Part shown: positions 45,545 to 55,009 of the stretch, piece by piece
Numbering within the stretch: position 1 is the first letter of the stretch
Layout: every line of letters starts with the position of its first letter
Assembly: GCA_016781735.1 (NCBI GenBank)
Contig: JADDPT010000016.1
Span: 6,554-70,553, forward strand
DNA: 64,000 nucleotides
Direction of reading: 5' to 3'
Origin: Rubrobacter sp.
Lineage (GTDB): Bacteria; Chloroflexota; Chloroflexia; Thermobaculales; Thermobaculaceae
Program-made: the position numbers and the translations under genes
The notes under the pieces: model-generated
The model's input: the letters and a program-made list of their open reading frames with translations, nothing else
What the model was told of the DNA's origin: nothing
Database searches by the model: none

Positions 45545-46783
45545 ATGCACGCAGGCGAACCCACGAGAGGGAGACGCCATCGTTATCTGGTACTTGTCAC
45601 GCTGATCATCCCTCTGGTTGCCGGCTGCTCACTCAACGGAGCGACAGGAGAAGGGCGTGCCACTCAGCCTGCCCCGACCACCGGGGTAGCACGCTCCCAG
45701 CCCGACACGGGGTCAGCGCCCCTCGAACAGCAGCAGACGGAGTCTACATCTGTGCCACCGGCCCTGACTGCGCAGCCGGTGCTATCGCCGGCCACCGAAA
45801 GAGGCGCCACTGTAGCACCAGCCCCAACTGCGCCTGCGGAACTGACGGTGCTGGTCGAGAAGGTTCAACCCGCAGTTGTGCAGATCATCTCGGAATCCGC
45901 GACCAGTCCCGGCACCGGCTCCGGGTTCGTATTCGATGACGACGGCCATATCCTCACAAACAATCACGTCGTTGAGGGTGGCAACCGAATCAGCGTCATC
46001 TTCTCCGATGGTCGTATCGCTCGCGCTCGGCTCGTAGGGACGGACCGACTCACGGATATCGCCGTGCTGCAGGTGCAGCTGCGTGACCTGCCGAAGGTCA
46101 AGCTGGGCGACGCCACGAAGCTGAGAGTAGGCGAGCCCTTGTTCGCCATAGGTAGCGCCCTCGGCCTGGCAGTTCCCACGGTGACGACGGGTGTTGTCTC
46201 GGCCCTCGAGCGATCGGAGCAGGAGCCGCCCAGCGGTAACCGTCCCGGCGCGCTGCTCAATGACCTTATCCAGACGGACACCGCCATTAACCCCGGCAAC
46301 TCGGGCGGACCGCTGCTCAACCTCCGCGGCGAGGTCGTGGGCATAAACACATTAGGGCAGCGACAGACACAGTCGGGCGTCCCGGTTCAGGGAATCAATT
46401 ACGCGGTCTCGATCAACACCGCCCGAGACGTCTCGACGGAGATACTCAAGAACGGCGAGGTTACTTACCCGTTCATTGGGGTTGTGGCCACCTTCCTATC
46501 GCCACAGCGCTCCGTACTTGAGGACCTGCCAAACATTCGAGGCCAGCACATAGACGCAGACCCCCGCACGGGCGCGACCTTCACTACACCGGCTATAAAG
46601 GCTGGCCTGCGCCAGGGCGATATAATAACCGCTATAGACGATCACCCCATAGACGACGAGAGCGCATTCTTGCGTATCCTGCGGCAGTACGACCCGAGTG
46701 ACGAGGTGACGCTCTCGATACGCAGAGGCGAGCGAAGCATCGACGTGCCGCTCACGCTCGTCGAGCGCCGGGCAACAGAATAG
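45545..46783 (+). CDS. S1C (HtrA/DegP-like) serine protease with PDZ domain, probable lipoprotein
   Basis: Lipobox LVAGC, catalytic motifs LTNNHVV, DIAVL and GNSGGPLLN, and a C-terminal PDZ-like region. ATG 45545 follows AGGAGAAGG. Confidence 0.88.
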   Translation: MHAGEPTRGRRHRYLVLVTLIIPLVAGCSLNGATGEGRATQPAPTTGVARSQPDTGSAPLEQQQTESTSVPPALTAQPVLSPATERGATVAPAPTAPAELTVLVEKVQPAVVQIISESATSPGTGSGFVFDDDGHILTNNHVVEGGNRISVIFSDGRIARARLVGTDRLTDIAVLQVQLRDLPKVKLGDATKLRVGEPLFAIGSALGLAVPTVTTGVVSALERSEQEPPSGNRPGALLNDLIQTDTAINPGNSGGPLLNLRGEVVGINTLGQRQTQSGVPVQGINYAVSINTARDVSTEILKNGEVTYPFIGVVATFLSPQRSVLEDLPNIRGQHIDADPRTGATFTTPAIKAGLRQGDIITAIDDHPIDDESAFLRILRQYDPSDEVTLSIRRGERSIDVPLTLVERRATE

Positions 46784-46806
46784 ACAGGAATGGAGCAGCG
46801 CAGCAA

Positions 46807-47220
46807 ATGAATATCAGCGAACACGACCTTCGCCAGCGGCTGGAGACACTGGACCTCAGCGCCGGTCTTACAAGAGACCAGATACGCGAGCAGCTGCCCG
46901 ACCTACCTGACGAGGCGTACCTGTACCTCCCAGCCGCCAAGAAGTTCTACTCGGTGAACGAGGTGGTGCGTCAGACGGGCGCCTACGCTGCCGCCCGCGC
47001 CGAGGGTGAGTTCGTGCGGGAGGACCTGGACATGCCGACGGAGGGCGCACAGGAACTTGACGGACCACCAGGCTTTGGACCCAGCCTAACGGCCGCTGAC
47101 CAGGCGGTCCAGGGCACTGGGGACTACCCCGGACTGGCCGACGACCTGGCCGGCAACAGCCTTGAGACGCGCACGGGTCGGGGCACACCGGGCGAGGAAT
47201 ACCGGGGCGAGCGTCCTTAG
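46807..47220 (+). CDS. hypothetical acidic protein
   Basis: 137-aa ORF with no recognised domain. The C-terminal half is low-complexity. Confidence 0.4.
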   Translation: MNISEHDLRQRLETLDLSAGLTRDQIREQLPDLPDEAYLYLPAAKKFYSVNEVVRQTGAYAAARAEGEFVREDLDMPTEGAQELDGPPGFGPSLTAADQAVQGTGDYPGLADDLAGNSLETRTGRGTPGEEYRGERP

Positions 47221-48842
47221 GTGGCGCGGCTGACGGGCGGCGAGTGCGTCGTTCGCGCGCTGGCCGATGCGGGCTTCACAACGGTATTCGGCATCCCCGG
47301 CGTCCATAACCTGCCCATCTACGATGCTCTGGCCAGGGAGCCGCGTATCACCCATATACTCGCCAGGCATGAGCAGGGTGCTGGTTTCATGGCCGACGGG
47401 TACGCGCGCGCGACCGGCAGACCCGGCGTGGTGATCACCACCAGCGGCCCCGCCGCGCTCAACGCACTCGCCCCTCTCGGCACCGAGTACGCCGACTTCT
47501 CGCCCGTACTCTGTATCAGCAGCCAGATAGAAAGCTACTACGTGCAGAACGGCCCGGCGCCGTTCCGTGGAATCCTTCACGAGATGAAGGACCAGCTCGG
47601 CGCGATGTCCGCGGCTACCGGTTGGGCAACCAGGCCCGCGCGGGCGTCCGCCGTCGCCTCCGCCGTGCGTGAAGCGCTCCTCCACCTCAGCGCTCCCCGT
47701 CCCACGCCAGCCTACATTGAGCTGCCGTTCGACGTGCTTCAGCAACAGACGGAGTACGTGGAATACGATCTGCCGGAGCGTGCGCCAGCACCGGTCGACG
47801 AAGCGCAGGTCCAGCAACTAGCCGAACTGCTGGCTAGCGCGGCTACACCGCTCATTATCGCCGGCGACGTGGTAGTGCGGTCCGGTGCGTCGGAAGCCCT
47901 CACCCAATTGGCGGAACTGCTCGGTGCGCCGGTGCTTACCGACACACTCGGAAAGGGAGCGATACCCGAAAATCACCCACTGGCGCTAGGCAGAGTGTGG
48001 AGAAGAGACGTCGAGGCGGTCAACGAGGTACTGCGCGAGTCGGACGTGGTGCTTGTCGTCGGAAGCATCCTACGCGGCAAGGAGACCGACGAGTGGGTCA
48101 TGCCCTTGCCAGGCGCGGTCCTGCAGATAGATCCAGACCAGGGCAGATCGGGCTGAACTATCCTGTCAGTCAGGGACTGGTATCCGAGCCCGGGCAGGCA
48201 CTAAAGGCGCTGATAGCGGCGCTGGCCGGCCGGGAAACCAGCCGTCAAGGCAAGGAGCGCGCGGCCAGGGGCAGGAGCGCGACGTTCGAGCGGCTACGCG
48301 AGGAGCGTGGTCCACTGCTAGCTTACCTCGACGCTATACGCTCCGCGCTACCGCCGGAAGGCATCCTCTGCAACGACATGATGATGCTCGCGTACGCATC
48401 GCAGACGTACTATCCGGTGCTCCGTCCCCGGACGTTCCTGATGCCGACGGGATTCGGAACGCTGGGCTTCGGTTTGCCCGCCGCCATCGGCGCCCGTATA
48501 GGCATGCCGGACACTCCTCTCGTCGCTGTCTGCGGCGAGGGCAGCTTCCAGTTCACGTTGCAAGAACTCGCCACCGCCCGCCAGTTCGGCGTCGTCTTCC
48601 CGCTTGTGATCTTCAATGACAAGACCTACACCGCGGTGAAGCGCGTCCAGCGAGACAGTTACAGCGGGGAGTACATAGCCTGTGACATACAGCACCCGAA
48701 CATCAGTCTGCTGGCGGAGGCATACGGCCTTGCATATCACTGCACGCAGGACGCCTCCGAGCTTGAGCGTGTCCTTGTTGATGCGCTCAGTGCCGACCGG
48801 GCCACGGTGATCGAGGTGCCCGTCGAGGTGGAGCGATGGTAG
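47221..48842 (+). pseudogene. thiamine-diphosphate-dependent enzyme (acetolactate-synthase-like), frameshifted
   Basis: ORF A has the TPP_enzyme_N domain (HEQGAGFMADGYARATGRPGVVITTSGPAALNA) plus the middle domain, and ends LQIDPDQGRSG*. ORF B continues in the -1 frame with QIGLNYPV... and the TPP-binding C domain. The shift lies at a G-run near 48139-48146. Confidence 0.75.
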
Positions 48843-48843
48843 C

Positions 48844-49149
48844 GTGAACCCGCAGAGCGCAGAGGACGATCCAACCAGCGGGAGCGTCGAGTTCACAGAC
48901 ACACTACTCTACGCAGCGACCGCGAGTATCGTGGGTCTCGTCCTCGGCTACCTGCTGCGCCCCGGCTTTGCAGCGGTTGCTAGAGACGTGCGAGGAGGTG
49001 ATGTCGGGGCGATACCGTTGCTCTCAGCAGCGGCAGGTTGGTACCTGGACTCCCCTGGCAATCCGCTCATCGTTGCCCTCGTGCTGGCGCTGCTTGCCCC
49101 GGCCGTGTACATGTTGGGCTGCCGACTCCGAAACAGGGTTCGACCTTAA
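48844..49149 (+). CDS. small hypothetical membrane protein
   Basis: 101 aa with a GTG start and two or three hydrophobic segments. Confidence 0.35.
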   Translation: MNPQSAEDDPTSGSVEFTDTLLYAATASIVGLVLGYLLRPGFAAVARDVRGGDVGAIPLLSAAAGWYLDSPGNPLIVALVLALLAPAVYMLGCRLRNRVRP

Positions 49150-49154
49150 AGCGA

Positions 49155-49183
49155 AGAGGGTGCCGCAACGCGACACCCTTTAT
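49155..49183. terminator. hairpin between convergent transcription units
   Basis: AGAGGGTG-11 nt-CACCCTTT, with short T/A tracts on both sides. It lies between the small ORF (+) and the tRNA-Gly pair (-). Confidence 0.4.
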
Positions 49184-49190
49184 CGTACGG

Positions 49191-49262
49191 AGCGGGAGAC
49201 GAGATTCGAACTCGCGACCCCTTCCTTGGCAAGGAAGTGTTCTACCGCTGAACTACCCCCGC
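49191..49262 (-). tRNA. tRNA-Gly (GCC)
   Basis: Reverse complement reads GCGGGGGTAGTTCAGCGGTAGAACACTTCCTTGCCAAGGAAGGGGTCGCGAGTTCGAATCTCGTCTCCCGCT. It has anticodon GCC and a U73 discriminator. CCA is not encoded. Confidence 0.9.
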
Positions 49263-49271
49263 GTAAGTCCC

Positions 49272-49345
49272 TGGAGCGGGCAACGGGATTCGAACCCGTG
49301 CCAGATGCTTGGGAAGCACCTATGATACCCCTTCACCATGCCCGC
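49272..49345 (-). tRNA. tRNA-Gly (CCC)
   Basis: Reverse complement reads GCGGGCATGGTGAAGGGGTATCATAGGTGCTTCCCAAGCATCTGGCACGGGTTCGAATCCCGTTGCCCGCTCCA. It has anticodon CCC, U73 and an encoded CCA. Confidence 0.9.
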
Positions 49346-49381
49346 GCTCGGTGCCGGTCCTACCGCCCCGTTGGTATGTTG

Positions 49382-49411
49382 ATTATAGGCATGGCAGCTA
49401 GGCAGTGTCAA
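49382..49411 (-). promoter_or_regulatory. sigma70-type promoter for the tRNA-Gly pair
   Basis: The minus strand reads TTGACA-18 nt-TATAAT, ending about 36 nt upstream of the tRNA-Gly(CCC) 5' end. Confidence 0.65.
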
Positions 49412-49591
49412 GCGTGACAGGGTACTCCGGCAAGACCATACCTACTCAGCGCCGCACGGCCCCGAGCGGTCGAGTCTCCGGATTATAGCCAACAATTCCC
49501 ACGCCAACTAAACATAATGGTGGCACGCCCAATGCTGCATATTCCCCAGGCAGGATGCGCCGACGCGTAGCGAAGCCAAAGGAGGACTGAC

Positions 49592-49900
49592 ATGGAAGTC
49601 AATCTGGGCGATGTCCGGAAAGGATCAGAAGTCCACTCCTCCGACGGAACCAAGCTTGGCAAGGTTGCGGAGGTGTGGTTCGGCACTGATCCGGCTCACA
49701 GCACCGAGCGCTGCGACGAGGATCTGTGCTCTCGGATCGAGGTCCACCAGGGTCTGCTCCACAAGACCGTGCTGTACATCCCGTACAACGCCATAGCTCA
49801 AATCTCGGGCAACACCGTTACGCTGAACGTAGACGAGGCTGCGGTCTGTTCCAAGGGCTGGACTCATCGGCCCGCTTGGATAGCGCAGGGAGTCGCCTAG
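49592..49900 (+). CDS. DUF2171/PRC-barrel-like small protein
   Basis: Reads GSEVHSSDGTKLGKVAEV....LYIPYNAIAQISGNTVTLNV, a pattern like DUF2171 proteins. AAAGGAGG precedes the ATG. Confidence 0.45.
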   Translation: MEVNLGDVRKGSEVHSSDGTKLGKVAEVWFGTDPAHSTERCDEDLCSRIEVHQGLLHKTVLYIPYNAIAQISGNTVTLNVDEAAVCSKGWTHRPAWIAQGVA

Positions 49901-50118
49901 TGTTGTCAACTGTTGATCTCAGCCTTACATGATGTGCCCAATCGTTGGGCCACCGACAGAGGAAGGGCCGGTTTCCTGACCAGCGAGCGCGCATCTTGCC
50001 TCAGCGGATCGATCACGGGGACCGGTCCTTCCTGTCCACTCTGCTCCTAGCACGCGGGTGACTTTGCCGTTGTGCCATTCCTTTGGACAACGTAACCGCA
50101 GCCGGTCTAAAATCGAGT

Positions 50119-51282
50119 ATGGCCCCCCTCCTCATCGTCGCGACTGCGGACAACCACCTCTCTCGCTACCACGCTCGCATGACACCGTCACGGCTGAGCG
50201 AGCGACGGCTGAGGTTACGACAAGGATTCGCCGCGGTAGTCACGTATGCCATCGAGCATCGAGCGGGACTCCTGCTACACGGGGGCGACCTGTTCGACTC
50301 TCCCACGCCTTCCAACGCCGACCTCCTCTTCGTCGCCGATTGCCTCGATCGCCTGCACGATGCCGGTGTGCGAGTGCTCGCCGTCAGCGGCAACCACGAC
50401 ACGCCATCCGGCACGACCATCCAGGGAGGTGTGCCGCCGCTATCGCCGCTAGCGAGCCTCCACGGCCTGACACTCTTCCCGGCTGGAACCGTTGGCGTAG
50501 AGGAGGTTAGAGTGGGCGGGCAGCGGCTGAATGTCGCTGGGTACACGCCTCCCTCGGGGCAACACGCATTGGACCCGCTCGAAGTCCTGCTCCAGAGCGA
50601 AGGCGCGGATGCGGAGGTTTTCATCACTCACGCCTCGATCGAGAAGCACGCGTATCCCGGCGCGTCGGAGCCGGTGCTCCGCTTCGAGTCGGCTCGGCGC
50701 TTGCCAAACCTAAAGCTCGTTGTCGCCGGTCACCTCCACAAGTTCGTCATGGAGCGCGCCGGACAGGTACATCTCGTTGCTCCCGGTGCGACTGAGCGGA
50801 TGACTTTCGGTGAGATGGATTCGCAGCCGGGCTTCGTAGCGCTTGAGTATGATGGCGGCCGCGTTACCTCGGTCACACACGTGCCGACTGGCGCACAGCC
50901 GCGCGTATCGCTCACCTTGGACCCGGAGCGCGTGGGCGACGACCCACACGGAACGGCGCGCCAGCTGATAGAGTCGCACGGCACTCCCGACACCCTTGTG
51001 AGGCTTGTTGTGCGAGGCCGCGTCCATGGAGAAACGTATGCGGCGCTGAAGCTCCGTGAGTTACAGGACTACGGCGCCGTCACGTGCTTTCAGTTCGAGC
51101 TCGACGCCACCGGCCTTTACCTCGAGGATGGGTTCCGCCAGGACGTAGCTCGTGGTGTGCGAGTATCGCAGGAAGCGGAGATAGCGGAAGTCGCGAACGA
51201 GATGGTCGCAGCCGCTGAGGATCCAGCTGAGCGGGAGCTTCTGGTCGCGGCGCGGGAAACTCTCCTGGGTGAGTACGCTTGA
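50119..51282 (+). CDS. Mre11/SbcD-like metallophosphoesterase (DNA repair exonuclease family)
   Basis: Calcineurin-like phosphoesterase motifs ADNH, GGDLFD, SGNHD and AGHLH. ATG 50119 was preferred to the TTG at 50083. Confidence 0.75.
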   Translation: MAPLLIVATADNHLSRYHARMTPSRLSERRLRLRQGFAAVVTYAIEHRAGLLLHGGDLFDSPTPSNADLLFVADCLDRLHDAGVRVLAVSGNHDTPSGTTIQGGVPPLSPLASLHGLTLFPAGTVGVEEVRVGGQRLNVAGYTPPSGQHALDPLEVLLQSEGADAEVFITHASIEKHAYPGASEPVLRFESARRLPNLKLVVAGHLHKFVMERAGQVHLVAPGATERMTFGEMDSQPGFVALEYDGGRVTSVTHVPTGAQPRVSLTLDPERVGDDPHGTARQLIESHGTPDTLVRLVVRGRVHGETYAALKLRELQDYGAVTCFQFELDATGLYLEDGFRQDVARGVRVSQEAEIAEVANEMVAAAEDPAERELLVAARETLLGEYA

Positions 51283-53141
51283 TCACGCTCGACCGGCTCG
51301 ATGTCTGTAACTTCAAAGGCATCCGTCAGCTCACTGTGAGCTTCCCCGACCGGGGCGCCATCCTTGTAGAGGGGCCGAACGAGTCGGGTAAGAGCACATT
51401 CTTCGAGGCCATCTACTTCGGCATCTATGGTGCGCCGATCGTGACGGAGGAAGGCAGGGGGTCTCTCGAGAGCGTAGTGAGCTACGGCGCGGACGCCGCC
51501 AGTGTGAGTCTCACGCTTCGTGCCGACAGTCTTCGGCTGACCGTTCACCGAGCGGTCCGGCGCTCGAAGTCAACGCGCGCTTCCCTGGCAATTCACGGGC
51601 CGGGAGGCGAGGAGGAGGTGAGCGGGGTCAGGGCCGTTAACGCGCGCATCATCGCCGAGCTGGGCGGCCTCGACGGCGCGGCGCTGCTGAACTCATGCTT
51701 CGTCGAGCAGAAAAAGCTTTCAAAGCTTGAGGAGCTCGACGGGCGAGAGCGGCGAGATTCGCTACTCCGGATCCTTAACCTCGAGAAGCTGACAAACCTG
51801 GACGAGAAGTGCCGCGTAAGGCCAGCGGACGAGCGACGCGTGGAGTCGCTCGCCGACCGGCTCGAGCTCGCCAAAATCGAAGAGCGCAAGTCAGCGCTCG
51901 CAATGGAGCTCGAGCGCGATATGGCCTCCCTCCGCGAGAACGAGCGTGAGCGACGGGCCACCGCTCTGAGGCAGGCGAGGAATAGGCTCTCCGCCGCCGA
52001 GGAGCACGCCAAGGCACTATTGGAGCTTCGGTCGTTAGAGCGAGAGATGGAGTCGTCGGGGGAGCGCAACCGCCACGTTGAGCCGTCAACGGCACGAGAG
52101 CTGGAGGTACAGCGTGTTAGGACGGTGCTAGTCGGTGGAACGGTCAGCTCGGCCCTGCTGCTGCTCGCGCTGATTGCCTTCGCGGCCTCCGCGCCGCTTC
52201 TCGGGCTCGTAGCTTCGGTACTCACTGTGACCACCCTGGTGATCTCTGGCCGGGCGGACTACAAGCTGTCGGAGCTCATCGCGGAAGCGGAAAGCCGCCG
52301 GATTCAATACACGGCAAGCGGAGACGGCACCCACCTAGACGTCCGGATCGCCCATCTCCGCTCGGCCGTGCTCTCCGACCCAACGAGCAGCGTTGACGAC
52401 GAGCTGCGCGACGCCGAGCGTGCAGTTGGACGCGAGCAGTTGGCGGTCGACGTAGCGGATGAGGCACTCGCACGCGTTGACTTCGGGGGCGGCTTGCAGT
52501 TATCTTCGGCTGACGACCGGCAGGCTGAGCTGGCCTCCTTATCTACGCTTGCGGCTCACCTATCCTCGACCCGGAAACTGGATCCTGTCGGCCTTGACCT
52601 CTCCGAGTGTGTGTCGGAGTGGGAGGCGGCGGCGAGGGACCTGGAGGTTCGGCGCCGTGCAGTGATCATCCTTGCCGAGGCACGGCGCAGGCTCGTGGAG
52701 CGCGTGCTTCCGGAGACCGAGCGGAACATGAAGCTGATACTTCCCTTGCTTACTGCCGGACGTTACCACGACGCTCGAATTACCCCCGACTACCGCATCG
52801 ACGTGTGGGACGACTCCGCGGGGCGGTACGTGGGCAAGAACGTCTTCTCCGGCGGCACGAAGGACCAGCTAAGCCTGGCGCTACGTCTGTCCTTCGCGGT
52901 CGCGAGCCTACCGCAGGAGATGGGATCGTCGCCTGGCTTCCTGTTCATGGACGAGCCGCTCAGCTCGTTCGACGAGGAGCGCACGAGGGCGTTGATCGAG
53001 CTCATCACGCGCGGCAGCATGTCGAGCATATTTCCGCAGATCTGCATTATCTCCCACTCCAGGAGCTTCGACCGCAGTCTCTTTCCATTTGTAGTTGAGA
53101 TGTCGGGCGGACGCATCGCTTACACCAATCTGAACGACTGA
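51279..53141 (+). CDS. Rad50/SbcC-like SMC-family ATPase with a central transmembrane hairpin
   Basis: Walker A GPNESGKST, coiled-coil-rich arms, signature SGGTKDQLSLALRLS, Walker B LFMDEPLSSFD and H-loop IISHS. Mid-protein is VLVGGTVSSALLLLALIAFAASAPLLGLVASVLTVTTLVISG (nt ~52124-52247). The start overlaps the upstream stop (TTGA). Confidence 0.75.
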   Translation: MITLDRLDVCNFKGIRQLTVSFPDRGAILVEGPNESGKSTFFEAIYFGIYGAPIVTEEGRGSLESVVSYGADAASVSLTLRADSLRLTVHRAVRRSKSTRASLAIHGPGGEEEVSGVRAVNARIIAELGGLDGAALLNSCFVEQKKLSKLEELDGRERRDSLLRILNLEKLTNLDEKCRVRPADERRVESLADRLELAKIEERKSALAMELERDMASLRENERERRATALRQARNRLSAAEEHAKALLELRSLEREMESSGERNRHVEPSTARELEVQRVRTVLVGGTVSSALLLLALIAFAASAPLLGLVASVLTVTTLVISGRADYKLSELIAEAESRRIQYTASGDGTHLDVRIAHLRSAVLSDPTSSVDDELRDAERAVGREQLAVDVADEALARVDFGGGLQLSSADDRQAELASLSTLAAHLSSTRKLDPVGLDLSECVSEWEAAARDLEVRRRAVIILAEARRRLVERVLPETERNMKLILPLLTAGRYHDARITPDYRIDVWDDSAGRYVGKNVFSGGTKDQLSLALRLSFAVASLPQEMGSSPGFLFMDEPLSSFDEERTRALIELITRGSMSSIFPQICIISHSRSFDRSLFPFVVEMSGGRIAYTNLND

Positions 53142-53215
53142 GGTCGTCGGTTCTGTTCGTCGGTTTTCCTGGGGACTCTGCTTTCTGTGGCGCGGTAAGT
53201 GCTACCCGCACCTCG

Positions 53216-53908
53216 ATGAGCAGGCTTGGAGTCGGTAGACGACGCACCGGAATATCCCTTCTGGGAGCAGTAGCCTTACTAGTCGTGCTGGGCCTGTGGG
53301 CAAGCCTCCAGCGGCCCACGCCCGAGGCAGTGACCACAGAGCCCGCCGCTACTCCCACGGCTGCAGTTGCGGATAGCGCCATCTCCCCTACAGCCGTGCC
53401 GACCGAAGAACGAGGGCCGAGTGGAGTGAGTCCAAGCTTCTTTAGGGGAGCCGACATCGTGGACAGGTCGCTCTTCGATCCACCGCCGACCGAGGTGGCA
53501 GCGACGGTGGTGCCGGCGATTGCGGGGCCGCCTCCGTCAGCCGAGGAGGCGCGAGTCGTCGTAGAGGAGTACTTCAAGGCTTTCGATGCCGACGACTTCG
53601 AAGCGGTCCGCTCCAAGACGGTGGGGACCGCGCGCGTTCAGACCGACCAAGTGATTGCCGAGGTCGAGCGCCAGGAAGATGAGCAGGGAGTTGATGTCGA
53701 CCTGCGGGTCTCCGGTCTGCAACTGGCTCCGGAGCCTCCACAGGGCTCCGCGCAGGCAATCGGCGCTGAGTTCGTTGTCGAGGCATGGGTGAACGCCTTC
53801 ATCGGAGACCTGAAGGCACAAGAGATAAAGTCCCGCTCCAGCTTCCGGGTGGCACGGGTTCCGGAAGGCATCAGGATAGTAGAGATTGTCGAGAGGCCGC
53901 AGCCGTAG
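53216..53908 (+). CDS. membrane-anchored hypothetical protein (NTF2/SnoaL-like C-terminus?)
   Basis: N-terminal TM anchor ISLLGAVALLVVLGLWA, a Pro/Ala/Thr-rich linker, then EEARVVVEEYFKAFDADDFEAV... Confidence 0.45.
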   Translation: MSRLGVGRRRTGISLLGAVALLVVLGLWASLQRPTPEAVTTEPAATPTAAVADSAISPTAVPTEERGPSGVSPSFFRGADIVDRSLFDPPPTEVAATVVPAIAGPPPSAEEARVVVEEYFKAFDADDFEAVRSKTVGTARVQTDQVIAEVERQEDEQGVDVDLRVSGLQLAPEPPQGSAQAIGAEFVVEAWVNAFIGDLKAQEIKSRSSFRVARVPEGIRIVEIVERPQP

Positions 53909-53928
53909 ATAGCCGAGGAGAGTAGCAA

Positions 53929-54996
53929 GTGGAGCAGGTTGCACAGCAGGTTGCGGTGTCCCATGGGGAGCCGGAGGAGTATGACATCATCGCGGACCGT
54001 GTCACGAAGGCGTTCGACGGCCAGACGGCCGTGAGCGACGCCTCCTTCGCGGTCCAACGGGGGGAGATATTCGGCTTCATTGGACCTAGCGGATCGGGCA
54101 AGACGACAACGATACGAATGATGACCGGGGTCTACAAGCCCACTGGGGGTCGCCTGAGCGTGCTCGGCGGGGATCCCGCTCGCTTCGACCGCGGCACCCG
54201 CGAGCTCATCGGCTACCTACCCCAGCAGTTTTCCCTCTACCCAAATTTGTCTGCCTTGGAGAACATGCGCTTCGTTGCCTCGATGTACGGGATTAGTCCG
54301 TTGAAGCGCCGCGGCCGCATTAAGCGCGCGCTCCACATTGTTGATCTCTGGGACGACCGTAACAAGCTGGCGAGTGAGCTTTCCGGAGGGATGCAGCGGC
54401 GGCTCATGTTAGCGTCGGTGATGTCTCACCGGCCGCAACTCATCTTCGCCGACGAACCGACCGCAGGACTTGACCCGGTTCTGCGTGAGCAGCTCTGGAC
54501 GGAGTTCAGGCGGCTTCGAGAGGAAGGACGCACGCTTTTCGTCACAACACAGTACGTGACTGAGGCTGAGTATTGCGACCACGTCGCGCTGATGGTCGAC
54601 GGTAGAATTATCTCAAACGGCACGCCCGAGCAGCTTCGGCGGCAGGCGATAGGCGGAGAGGCGGTGGATGTGCGTGTCACAGGCCTGACATCCTCCGTCC
54701 TGAATGCGATTGAGACCGCTGAGGGGGTTCACGGAGTGGAGCAGCGGGGCCTCGGCGAGCTGCGTATCTTCGTGGATGATGCGTCCGTCCGCCTCGCGCA
54801 GCTCGTGACCCTTGTTCAGGAGAACGGTGCAGACGCTAGTCACGTGGAGGAGTACCGGCCGAACCTCGACGAGGTATTCGTTCTCCTGCTCGAGCAGCAC
54901 CGGGGGCTCACTCCAGAGGCTGCCCAGCCGCAGGTCTCCGAGGAACCGACGACGGAGTTGTCAGAAGAGCAAGAGGCAGAGCGCGAGGAGCGCTAG
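53929..54996 (+). CDS. ABC transporter ATP-binding protein (no adjacent permease)
   Basis: Walker A GPSGSGKTT, signature LSGGMQRR, Walker B LIFADEPTAGLD and an acidic C-terminal tail. Confidence 0.85.
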   Translation: MEQVAQQVAVSHGEPEEYDIIADRVTKAFDGQTAVSDASFAVQRGEIFGFIGPSGSGKTTTIRMMTGVYKPTGGRLSVLGGDPARFDRGTRELIGYLPQQFSLYPNLSALENMRFVASMYGISPLKRRGRIKRALHIVDLWDDRNKLASELSGGMQRRLMLASVMSHRPQLIFADEPTAGLDPVLREQLWTEFRRLREEGRTLFVTTQYVTEAEYCDHVALMVDGRIISNGTPEQLRRQAIGGEAVDVRVTGLTSSVLNAIETAEGVHGVEQRGLGELRIFVDDASVRLAQLVTLVQENGADASHVEEYRPNLDEVFVLLLEQHRGLTPEAAQPQVSEEPTTELSEEQEAEREER

Positions 54997-55009
54997 CGAG
55001 GCTGCATCT

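Noticed and set aside
48968-49417. ORFs 48968..49417(+) and 49038..49325(+)
   Set aside because: They read straight through both tRNA-Gly genes.
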